Shown in pieces: positions 26,218 through 37,062 of a stretch of DNA of 64,000 bases; the stretch's first letter is position 1, and each line of letters begins with the position of its first letter. A program made the position numbers and the translations under genes. The notes under the pieces are model-generated. The model did not search any database. It was not told the origin of the DNA and was given only the letters and a program-made list of their open reading frames with translations. The stretch lies in assembly GCF_000143415.4 (NCBI RefSeq), contig NW_003314293.1, positions 1,198,431-1,262,430 of the forward strand. The letters run 5' to 3'. The DNA is from Selaginella moellendorffii (Eukaryota > Plantae > Lycopodiophyta).

Positions 26218-28452
26218 TCTGAAAGTGCAGAAAAGAAGTTAAGACCATACAAAAAATGATTGGAGAATGGCCTAAATCATAACATACCAAACAACCTCAA
26301 TAGCATGAGGCCACATGCCATTATTCAAACATGCTATTGACACCCACGTGAAATTTCGCATTCACAAAATTGGTATAAGGCCTCATGCCATCTTGATAAA
26401 CACACAGCTACAGGCAGGTAAAGAAACTATTGGCAATATGCTAGTGATGAACTTGCAAGCCCCAAGATGGCATGAAGTGGTACTGTAGCGCAGCTCGCAC
26501 CACCGCAACTACTCGTAGCGCCGCTCGCACAAACTGCCACTCGCATAAACTGCCGCTCGCAATGGCGCTCGCAATGCCGCAACCGCTCGTAGACGCATAA
26601 ACCACAGCTCACAACGCCGCTTACACAAGCAGCGCTCACTGTGCTCAGCGGAACCAAGAACATGGCACACAAAAATGATAGACCTAGGAATGAGTTCGAG
26701 AATTCAAAAATAACACACGCTTGAACGTCACATCAAATCCTCTGACAAACCAAATCTTATGATTCCTCTGACAAATTTCAAACTGAGTAGCTTCTAGACT
26801 TTGCTGTCGGAGGTTGAACTTTGTCACATCATGTCCTTGCCTCGATCCAGCTGTGCCATGTCAGTGATTCGAACTTTGCCATGCCATGTCAGCAATCCGC
26901 GCCAAGATTATTCGCCGTGTAAAGGAATAATTGTGCTGTGTGTGTACGTCCATTTATGGCAATATAAGGCCACACGCCATTCAAAGAATAATGCTAGTCG
27001 AGCATTTTTTAGTGCATTTTTGGGTTCAAAATTGCATGAGCCCACACGGTATAAAGTTTACCTGTACCAAAAATAGAAACAGCTTTATTTACTTGGGAAT
27101 TTAAGTGGTTGAGGCATTTTTAAACTTACAAACACATGCCCTACTTACATTCCTTTGGTTGCTTAAAATTCAAAAATATTATAAACCTTTCTTTTTGCAT
27201 TTTCAATGTTTTCAATTAAGGTTTTTGATTTTCGCAGGACCAGCCTAGTAATCTATTTGCATCCCGTCATGTTTATAGCTAGCTTTCATTTGTCCCCTTC
27301 ACTAGCCTGAGATACATCTGCTCGGCATCTGCCTCTTACAGCATTTGCCCAGAAAGGGCATCTTTCTTCACGCAGCATTTGCCACATGTTTAGGGTTTAG
27401 GGTTTAGCAATTCAGTAGCTTGATAAACATGCAAATACAGAACTTGATGCAAAATCCTTTGATATGTCACAATGCCCCTAGGACCATAAACACATTTCAA
27501 TAGAGAGGGTCCTTTCATTTCATAACTCCTTACGTAGATCTTGGTGAAACTAGAGTTAGTGAAGTTGGTTTCTTGTGATCCCGCATCTGATTATGATGTC
27601 CCTTTGCAGTGTCGATGGAAAGGTCAATGCACACCAAACTGTAGAATCTTGGAGCAAAATAACGGTCGGATCTATGGCAAATGCCTTTGAAACATTGTAA
27701 GGCTCGTGTGGTCTCATGTGGTGTCCGATCGAGATGCTTCTTTGCAGAGTCATCAAGAAGGACATCTTTATTTATCTGAACATCTGGCATTTTTGGAAAT
27801 ACAAGATGCTTTGGAATATCCAATCATGCATGGTATAAATATAGCGAGGGTATTAAATGATATCCCAATCATGATCTTTCTTTTGGATTTCGCGTGCATG
27901 TAGTCCGAGGAATGATGACGTTGCGGATTTCTTTTGGATTTCACGTGCATGCATGCGTGCGGCGATCCAGAAATTAATGGTGGCACCCAAGTCCGAGGAA
28001 TGATGACGTGGCGGGATTACCAACCGTCGTGACATTTTGCGCGTGTGAGGTTAGGTTTTGCATCATACTCGCGCTCGCACACTCGTGCTCGCATCGCGCT
28101 CCCACTCGCGATCATGCTCACATTCGCGCTCATCTACCTTCTCTACAGGTTTCTCGTGTACATCGGCATCCACTCGCGCTTGCATCACACTCGCGCTTGC
28201 ATCACGCTCGCGCTCGCATCGCGCTCGTGTGCATCGGCGTCCACTTCAAGACACACCCAGTTTGTAACTTCGCCGCCAACTCCGCCGCCCACTCCGCCAC
28301 CCACACGCAGCCCACTTGGCGTCCCGGGAGATTTCAGCGCCACTCTCCAACTGTAAGTGGCAGAGTAGCCTTGCTGCTACGATCCGCTGCACACAAAGTG
28401 CACATTTGCCAGCGAGTCCGGCTTCGATTGTCACGCCTCCATTCGGCTTCAA
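26218..28452. promoter_or_regulatory. Divergent promoter region between transposase and cargo gene, with telo-box repeats (TTTAGGG at 27389-27407) and CG-rich GCTCGC repeats
   Basis: Head-to-head gene arrangement. TTTAGGG array has one more unit in copy 2 (60626-60653). CG-rich repeats at 26490-26600 and 28065-28240. Confidence 0.5.
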
Positions 28453-31400
28453 ATGGTAAGTCTTTTAATCCAAGTAGAAAATGGCATGAGGCCACATGCC
28501 ATTCAGTAGCAACATTGGCATGCACCGATTGGGCTCTCGAGTGCAGTCCGGTTACAGATGGCGTGTAGCCTCATGCCATCTTAGGATGCAACCTCAAGAC
28601 ATCTGATGCAGTGGTGAATGGCGTGTGGCCTCACGTTATTTCCAGCTGCTAGCTTTTCATCTGTCAGCTCTAATTGTTGTGCATTTCTAAACAGGCGAGG
28701 AATTGCGTTCTTCTTCCAGCCACTGTCAATGTGGATGCAAAGAAGGGGGAGGAGCTCACCAGTTGGACTTTTGGGATGGAAGGCGAGGATCTGAGGCTGT
28801 ACAACACAGATGGTGGGAGAAAAGAATGCATGGGGATCCTCATCCAAGTGACAGACACTCCATGCAGTTCCATGCAAGAATATGGACTGGCTCTTGTCGT
28901 AGAGACAGCGTCCGCCTTCAAGATCCACCTTGCACATCCTAGCGGCTTCCCGGTGGGGGGCAGCGGCTATGAGGAATTCCTAGAGGGAGCTAGGGAGAGG
29001 TTGTCCAGGAGGCCCACAATTTCAAAGACGCTGCGGGTCTATGAAGATCACATGGAATCCACGGACCTCACCTACGGTGATGTTCAAAAACTATATTCCA
29101 ACATTGAGCCGTTGAGAGTGCCTCCAGTTCGCGAAGCGAAGGGGAAGGGGGTCAATCTGGAAACTACCCTGAAGCAGAAAAGGGTGGTCAAGCTCAAGCC
29201 GACGTCCGACTCTTTTGCTCCAAAAAAGAAGCTACTTGGTGATGCCATTGCCTCGGGTTCGAACACTACACCCACCAAAAAGAAGAGCCGCAAAGAGCAG
29301 AAAGAGCAAAAAGAGGCAGCAAAAATCGTTGCAGATAATAGTACTTGTTACTATTCCAACAAAGTATATACAATCAGCATGAGCCGTATCGACATCCAAA
29401 TCAAATACAACCACAGGCTAGTATCGTATGAGTGGGTGGAGAAACTGAAGTAGAAGATGCTGGCAAGTCCAATAACACCCGACATCACAGACGTGATCCC
29501 CTACTACCGAACAATGAAGGGCGACACGAGGTTTCCAGACTTGATCAATAGGAAGGTGTTGGACGATCAGAACATCCGGTTCTATGCCGTCTCCGGGCAG
29601 CATTTTAGCTTGGCGATGCAAGAGATAGTTGTGGATATTATGGTGGGTGAGGAGGTGAAGAAAGTTTTCAAGACAAGAGTTGTCCGCCTGATAAAAGGCA
29701 ACTCGCCCCTCCGATCTATCATATACATTTCCCACGCGCAAAATGTCAAGCAAGAAACGTGCTACAAATCGGGTTTGCACGAGACATTCGCACGAACACG
29801 GAAGCTCTGGGTTCAACTGAAGAAGCCACAAAAACCAGGACAAGGACGTGCACTAACAACTAGCGCCTGGCAGGTAAGCCTCGTTGTATGTGGCATAGCA
29901 TGTGGCCTCATGCCATTTCCATTGCAGGAATTCTCGAGTCTTCTCTCGAAAACACTGGGGGTCAATGATACACTCAGCATCCATAACATTCTACTCACGA
30001 CAAAAGTTGTTTTTGACAAATGGGTAGATGTGCTGAGGAGGTACCATGACGGGGAGTTGCTAAACTCAATGGGTGTGGAGGACGGCCGGAAGCCCAATGA
30101 TTTGAAGCTCAACGCCTTGCGTTTCTCGCGGTCTCTAGACGACGACAACCTTCTGACAGTGGCTAATGCTCTTCTACGTGGTGAGGTAGTCTTCAACAAG
30201 ACCAAAATGACTCCCAGCCATATTGTGACATACGAGGACTTGTGCACAACTCTGAGAGCTCGTGCGCTATTGAAGGATTGGATCTTCGAGCAAGTGGCCG
30301 TGGAGAGGGTGAGCATTGACACCACGCAAGAGATGATGGAAGAGCTAGAGATGTCAAATGAAGACATCGACGAGTACGTGAAGGGGGCCCCCAAGTTCAT
30401 GGATCTGCTGCGGGATGCCACGAAAAGTAAAGCTGAGAAGTTGGATCAGTATCCAAATTTCATTAAGAGGGATGTCGACCGCTGGCTTCAGAAACAGCTC
30501 GACCCCGCAGCAGAGGCCTATCGAGAACGTTACCGGGTATACGTGAATTCGGATGAGGATCAAAGGTGGAGGAGCATCGTTTCCCGCGGAGATGAGCAAG
30601 TCAAGAACATCTTTTGTGTGATGGACTTCACAAACGAGGAGATCACTCATGCAGACGAAGTCAGCTCCATCATTAACTTAATGGTGGGACTTGCGGAGGT
30701 GGAATCTTCAGTCCACTATATGATCTACAACTCCGAATCCTATCACAAGTTCTGGAAGGCCTTGAACGAGGTGAAGGCTCGGTTGAAAGGCAAGGAGATA
30801 TAGGAGATCCATGGGATAATGGCTAAGAAGAAGATACCGACGAATGTCTGCATCTTCACACTCGCCCTTGTTATTTGTCCTACAGCAGAGTGGGACTGGA
30901 GTGACTTCCCAGCTTCGTTCGACAAGGCCGATCGAATTGATCTGAGGGAGGTCAATTTACCCGTGCCTGAGGAACTGAGGAAGGCTATGGAGCTTTCGAA
31001 TCCAGAGAAAGCTCCAGGTGCAGCATGGGAAATGCTCAGCTGGGTCTTCAACGCAATAGCGGGTGGGTCACTTGCTTCCGACTCCAAGGGCAAATGCGTT
31101 GTCGAATACAACTGCGGCGAACTATTCTTTCGAGCCGCACTACTCAAGGGTGTCTCGTGTGTTGCGGTGACAAACTCCATTGAAGAGGTGACTTCAATGG
31201 AGCATATAATTACAGTTGCCAAAGAAAAATAGTATCTTCTCTGCGAACCTGGTGAGTACGCACTTTAAATTTAAATGTTATCTCACAAGCTCTGTATGCA
31301 GAAGCGTGGCCACCCCCAGATGCTGAAACGGCGTTAACAACTACTATTGAAGATACCCATGTTGGGCCGAGCTCACAACCTGCACAAGGTAAGGTCACGT

Positions 31401-34064
31401 GAGGCCTCACGCCATTTTGATTATAGATCGTTGTGAATATTCAGACACGAGGACTGAAAAGCGCACTGGTGGCGCGTCGAAGAAGGACAAACAGACAAGC
31501 ATTAGGAAAAAAGGAGGTACAAATTATATTTGCAATGGCGTGTGGTCTCATGCCATTCCTTGCAGGAGACACTTCTTCAAAGGCAAAACAGGCAAGCACC
31601 AGCCAAGCTTAAACTGACAGTGGTCATAAAAAGCGAAAGCACATTGGACAGTCGTCGGGATCAGAGGCGTTTGATTCGAAAAGGAAGAAGGGCAACGAAA
31701 AGATGATAGGTAATGCCTCGCGATTATGGCGTGTGTGCTCATGCCATTCATTGCAGATCAAGGGCTGAGTGAAAGGAGCCAGTCACCACCTTCTGACTCA
31801 GATTCCTATGGCGGACTCCCCTTCCCCAATCTCAATGGAGAGGTACAATGGATGAGGGATGTTTTTCAAGTCAGGGCCACGTTTTTCTCATCTCGTCGTC
31901 TTCGAAGGGTGCAAGAACGTGCAGAAACCATGTTAAGACAGTCGGGTGAGGATACGGTCCTAGGTCACGCACTAAAACAGGCTATGGATGTCTTGTATTT
32001 TGAGATGGAGACTCAGCCAGATGATTTTCCTAAGATGGTCTTGGAAGAACAAGCCATCCAGCCTGAGCAGCCTATGGAAGAAATGCAGGAGGGGGATGAG
32101 GAGCCAAAGAAAGATAATGAGCAGGAAGAGCAGAAGGACGAAGAGGAGGACAAAGAAGAGGAGGACGAAGAGGACTTGGATGGTCCTCACAATGGTGACG
32201 ATCACAATAACGACGACGACGATGATGACGACGATGGCCAGCCTGAGGTGGCCAAAGAGCAGCAGAGGAAGGTCATACAAGACAAACCATCAGGTAAATA
32301 ATAGTACATCCATTCCTAACCTTTTACCATTTCTAACATTGTCCATATAGGTCACAGAGCAAATGGTAAGTAGAGATTATTCAGTTGAATTAAGATACAA
32401 ACTCTAGCCTTTAGTGTCGAAGAAGGATAGTGCCAAGCAAGGGTTGAAACGTATGTCCAATCCTTCAGAATCAGCAGTGCGCCCAAGTGATATCGGTCCT
32501 AGTTCCTCAATAGCAGTTGATGGTAAATACAGTATAGTCGATTCAATGTGCTAATGAGTTTGTTTTTAGTAGCACGGGAGGATACCATCTCAATCGAAGG
32601 GAGATATTTGGACATGCATATGGATCCGCCAGTGGACTCTACTTGCCTGCAGGAGTCATCAGAGCTGGTGGAGGCTACTATCCATATCAACGCTAAGCAA
32701 GCTGACCACGCTCCACTTGATGCTGCCCATACCACTGAGTCAATCTTGTCCACGTATCCAACTGACGGTGACCAGGCGCCATTGGACCCGCATGAGGCCG
32801 CCCCAGCCGCCGAGCCAGTCGTATCCTCATTTCCAACGAACTCAACGTGTGCCCAATCATCTGACTACGCGCCGTTGGAACCTCCCTACACCGCCCCTGC
32901 TGCCTGTTCGGTCATGTCCACTTTGCCAACGGAGGCACCAGCTGAAATGGTGTGTGATCACACACCATCGGAACCACCCCATGCCACTGTTGAGCCAATT
33001 GTACCAGAGTCTATAGCTGAAATGGCATGTGCCTACACGCCATCGGATGCGATTGACCCCACATTGCAGAGGAGAGTATTTCCGCCCTTCACGTTTCCTC
33101 GACCAAAACCCTCTCAACAACCATCGGGAGCACCATTCGCTAATATTGTAGATGGTAAAATTGACTTGTACCATTTTTTATGCTGACACATTTCATTTCA
33201 GAGTCACGGCGAAGGTACTGTATCGTTTTTGATCTGAACGGTGTCCTTTTCTCCCATGAGCGTGGCTCGTCCTCGAATGTCACTGCACCCTCCAAAGCCT
33301 GCGGTCGCAAGTTGGTCAAACGAGACAAATTCACATTAATCACACGGGAGAAACTGCGGGATCTAATAATGACCATGCGACACTTAAAATAGAGGGCCGG
33401 GTTCAATTTGCAATTGGGAGTTTGGACATCCATGATGCGCCACAATGCATTAACGTTGCTATAGATGATGCACGATCAGACGCGAGTAATATTACCATTT
33501 GACTTTCTCCTAACGCAGGAGGATTGCTTGACTATGGTCCATGTAAGGGGTAGCAAGCCCATCTTCGTCAAGCCAGAGGCTGTAGTGATGAACCGGACTG
33601 CTAGGTCAAGTGAAATCCTCATCATCAATGACTCGCCGATTAAAACTGCATGGAACACGCACACATATGCAGTGCACCCCATCTCTTGCAGTATGGAAAC
33701 TAGGGAGAAGAAACCGTATGTTCTGGGGGACCTTGCAAAACGGCTTGGAGTGATGGTGATAGAAAACCGGCCAGTCCAGGAGGTGGCTGCAGAAATCAAC
33801 CAAATGGCAGATGGAACGGTATATCAGAAGCCATTTGATCGGACAGACACCAGTCATCATTTATGGCATGTATATTGTCTAGCCAAGCACTATCCGCATC
33901 TCCATAATCTGCTCAACCAGATGGGTTCTTCGACCACTAAACATGAGCGTGGACGTATTAGAGAAGAGATGGCATTACTATTGGGTTTAAATCCTGATAG
34001 TGTGGAGAGTGATGAAATTCCAAGATTATTGTATAGCCGTTGGAGGCAAAAAATAACAGTCTGA
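28453..34064 (+). pseudogene. Multi-exon cargo gene of about 1650 aa: ParB-like / amino-MTase-like / acidic linker / FCP1-NIF HAD phosphatase (copy 1, six nonsense codons)
   Basis: Exons 28695-29873, 29928-31251, 31302-31388, 31427(or 31445)-31516, 31566-31709, 31757-32293, 32351-32365, 32415-32522, 32570-33154, 33202-34064 splice in frame via GT-AG introns. Last exon has FDLNGVL, VWTS, TQEDC, KPIFVK, IINDSPIK (IIDDSPIK in copy 2). The 5' micro-exons (ATG 28453) are less certain. Confidence 0.8.
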
Positions 34065-34210
34065 GATGGCATGTATTTATTTAAAAATGTAACTTATTAT
34101 GGCATGGGGCTCCATGCTATTGTATTAATATTAAAAGACAATTCTTTGAGAGGATTTGCATTATACTAGAAGTGTTACAGCATGTTATTGGAAGTCTACG
34201 AAGTTGTTTT

Positions 34211-34497
34211 ATGCTTTATTTCGTTAAAGTGGAACTTTTCATTATCCCACTTATGGTGTGTGGCCACATGCCATTTTTATAACAACAATAAAAAATTAAA
34301 GTTTTAGCTTTATAATTTATAAATTAAAAACTTTTCATATGATTTTGTGTTATAATATTGTGAAATATAAAAAATAAATTAAAAAACTGATAGAAATATT
34401 AATAAATATTAATTAAGTACTAGGAAATGGCATGTGGACACATGCTAATTAATGTCCCACTTTACTGAATAAGTTCCACTTTAACGAAATAAAGCAT
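34211..34497 (+). mobile_element. 287-bp MITE / non-autonomous relative of the Sola-like element
   Basis: TIR ATGCTTTATTTCGTTAAAGTGGAACTT at both ends; TSD TTTT at 34207-34210 and 34498-34501. Precisely absent from copy 2 (empty site near 53290). Confidence 0.92.
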
Positions 34498-37062
34498 TTT
34501 TATTAATAAGGGGAAAGTAAAGATTGAATGGGGACTTGAGCTCCACCTAGACTCGGAGCAACTGAGCCAATATTAAAAGGATGGAAAGAAATTGGACGAC
34601 GATGACAAGGAGAAGAGAGAGGTGAAGCAGTGGCAGGGGGAGGAGAAGTGATTGAGTAGACATTTCCTTGTTTAAAATAAAATGGCATGTGCCTCAATGC
34701 AGTTGAATTTTGTTATATTTATATACTATATAAAGGTTTGGAAACTTTATTTTACAAGTGGGATAATGACAATTCCCACTTTAACAAAATAGAGCTTATC
34801 ATAGGACCCTCTAAATCCCAAGCCTTGGGTGCAACACTTGCTTCGGGACATCGGGGCGAAACACCATGGCCTAACAGCCCGATATGGGTACCTCTACCCC
34901 CCCACTTCCATCCCAAAGGGAAGGCCCAAGCCCCTAGGAAGGGCAAAGGACCAATGAGCCACAAGGTACTCAAGTGGGGCACCACTTCACATGAGCCGAG
35001 AGCACCGCAGTCAGTTTTCCTTTCGGGAGTGAGAGTTGCTCTTGAGCACTTCCTTGGGTGGCCCCTCCAACACCACTTGAGTCCATGCTCACTCCCACCC
35101 AAGGCCCCTTGGCCCCAGTCTCAATCTCAAGTCAGTTTGGAAGCACCATTGGAGAGTTCCTTCAAGACTGGTTCCTGAACTTCACTATCCCTATTATACT
35201 TTTGGAACCCCCTGCAGCCCCGCCCCCTTGGGAGATGCACACTTTGGGCTTTCACCCCTTGACTTGTATTAGTACTCGGACTCGGTCTCAAACTCGATCT
35301 CGGACTCGATCTCGGACCCGACTTTGGACTCAGTCTCGGACTCAATCTCGGACTCGATCTCAGACCCGACTTCGAACTCGACCTTGGACTTGACCTCGGA
35401 CTCAGTCTCAGACCCGATCTCGGATCTCGGACTCTGTCTTGAACTCGATCTCCGAGTCGGCCTCGGACTCGATCTCAGACTCTATCTCGAAGTCGGTCTC
35501 AGAGTGGGTCTTTGTAAGCCACAAATTTTTCCTTTCCAATTTGCCAGCTTACCTCGTCTATCCGTCCAACACTGCCTTGGCTTTTGCTAAGTTCTCTCGC
35601 CAAGGTTCTCGCCTATGGTACCAGCTCCTACTTGGTTTCAGCTACTCACTGCACGAGCAACGGAGTGTTAGCCATCCTTCCACAGATTCCCAAATCACTC
35701 CCAATCCCCCTCCCCGGGTTAGACTGGACTTAAGGTTCGGCTACACTCCCCACAAGCACAAGCAGCCAAGCACACCAAGCTTCCAGGTTTCTAACATCCC
35801 TTGGTACCACAAGACTTGATCATGGGACCCTCTAAATCCCAAGTCTTGAGTGCAACACTTGCTTCGGGATGCCAGGGCGAAACACCGTGGCCTAGCGGCC
35901 CGGTATGGGTACCTCTCGCCCCCCACTTCCATCCCGAAGGAAGGCCCAAGCCCCTAGGGAGGGCGAGGACCAATGAGCCGCATGGTACTCAAGTGGGGCA
36001 CCACTCCACATGAGCCGGGAGCACCGCAATTGGTTTCCCTTTCGGGAGTTGGAGCTGCTCTTGAGCACTTCCTTGGATGGCCCCTCCGGCACCAACCAAG
36101 TCCATGCTCACTCCCACCCAAGGCCCCTCGGTCCCAGTCCCAACCTCAAGTCAGTTTGGGAGCCCCACTGGAGAGTCCCTTCTAAACTGGTTCCTGGACC
36201 TCACTATCCCTACTATACTTTTGGAACCCCCTGCAGCCCCCCCCCCCTGGGGGACGCACGCTTTGGGCTTTCACCCCTTGACCCGTATTAGTATTTGGAC
36301 TTAGTCTCTGGCTCGATCTCGGACCCGATTTCGGATCCGACTTTGGATTCGGGTTCGGACTCGATTTTGGACTCGATCTCGGACCCGATCTCGGACCTGA
36401 CCTCGGACTCGACCTCGGACTCGGTCTCGGACCCGATTTCGGATCTCGGACTCCGTCTTGAACTCGGTCTCGAACTCGGACTCGAACTCGGTCCCCGAGT
36501 CGGTCTTGGACTCGATTCCGGACTCTATCTCGAACTCGGTCCTAGAGTCGGTCTTGGACTCGATCTTCGACTTGGTCCCATCCGATGAACTCTTTGTCAT
36601 TTTGGTCGTGCTTTCGGGGTTCTTTTAGCCTACGACACCTCGGCGAGTTGGTTCCTTACAACACCACCACCCATAGAAGAAGTTCGATGCCCACATTGAA
36701 CGTCTTGTTTTATCCTACGACTTGTTGACCATGTCTCCGGGGGCATCCCCCCACTTAGCGGTGTGCCTAAGTTAGCCTCCCCGGCCAAGAGCCCATGACA
36801 ACGGAATATAGGTGTCCCTATACTCCTCACCTCACCACGCCCTAGTATAGGGTCGGGACTTGAACCCAGCCTTGCTTTACTAGGGGGTTGGGACTCGAAC
36901 CCAACCTCCGTAGAATACGTCTACGGATTCGACATCCCCGCAGGGAGTCGGGCGTAGCTCCCTACGCCTGGTCGACCTAGCTAACCCATGCTAATTAGCT
37001 TACCTTCGGCGCGCCTTCGGGTCCCAACATATGCCATTGCTCAACTTCTCAAATTGATACTT

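Larger units (their letters stand above)
21520..34797 (-). mobile_element. 13.3 kb cargo-carrying TIR DNA transposon, Sola-like (copy 1)
   Basis: TIRs ATGCTCTATTTCGTTAAAGTGGGA (21520-21543) and TCCCACTTTAACAAAATAGAGCTT (34774-34797). 4-bp TSD ATCA at 21516-21519 and 34798-34801, inside an LTR whose empty site is visible near 35815. Encodes a DDD transposase. Superfamily inferred from TSD length and motifs. Confidence 0.88.

Noticed and set aside
27389-27407. Telomere remnant
   Set aside because: Only 2-3 TTTAGGG units, at the same internal position in both copies; better read as telo-boxes.
28008-28568. 186-aa and overlapping ORFs upstream of the cargo gene
   Set aside because: CG-rich low-complexity repeats; the frames differ in copy 2.
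29813-31222. Antisense ORFs of 202 and 159 aa conserved in both copies
   Set aside because: Shadows of the sense-strand cargo gene; conservation reflects recent duplication.
21745-34700. Palindromes as a CRISPR-like array
   Set aside because: Spacing is irregular (50 bp to over 1 kb), copies sit in introns and exons, and there are no cas genes.
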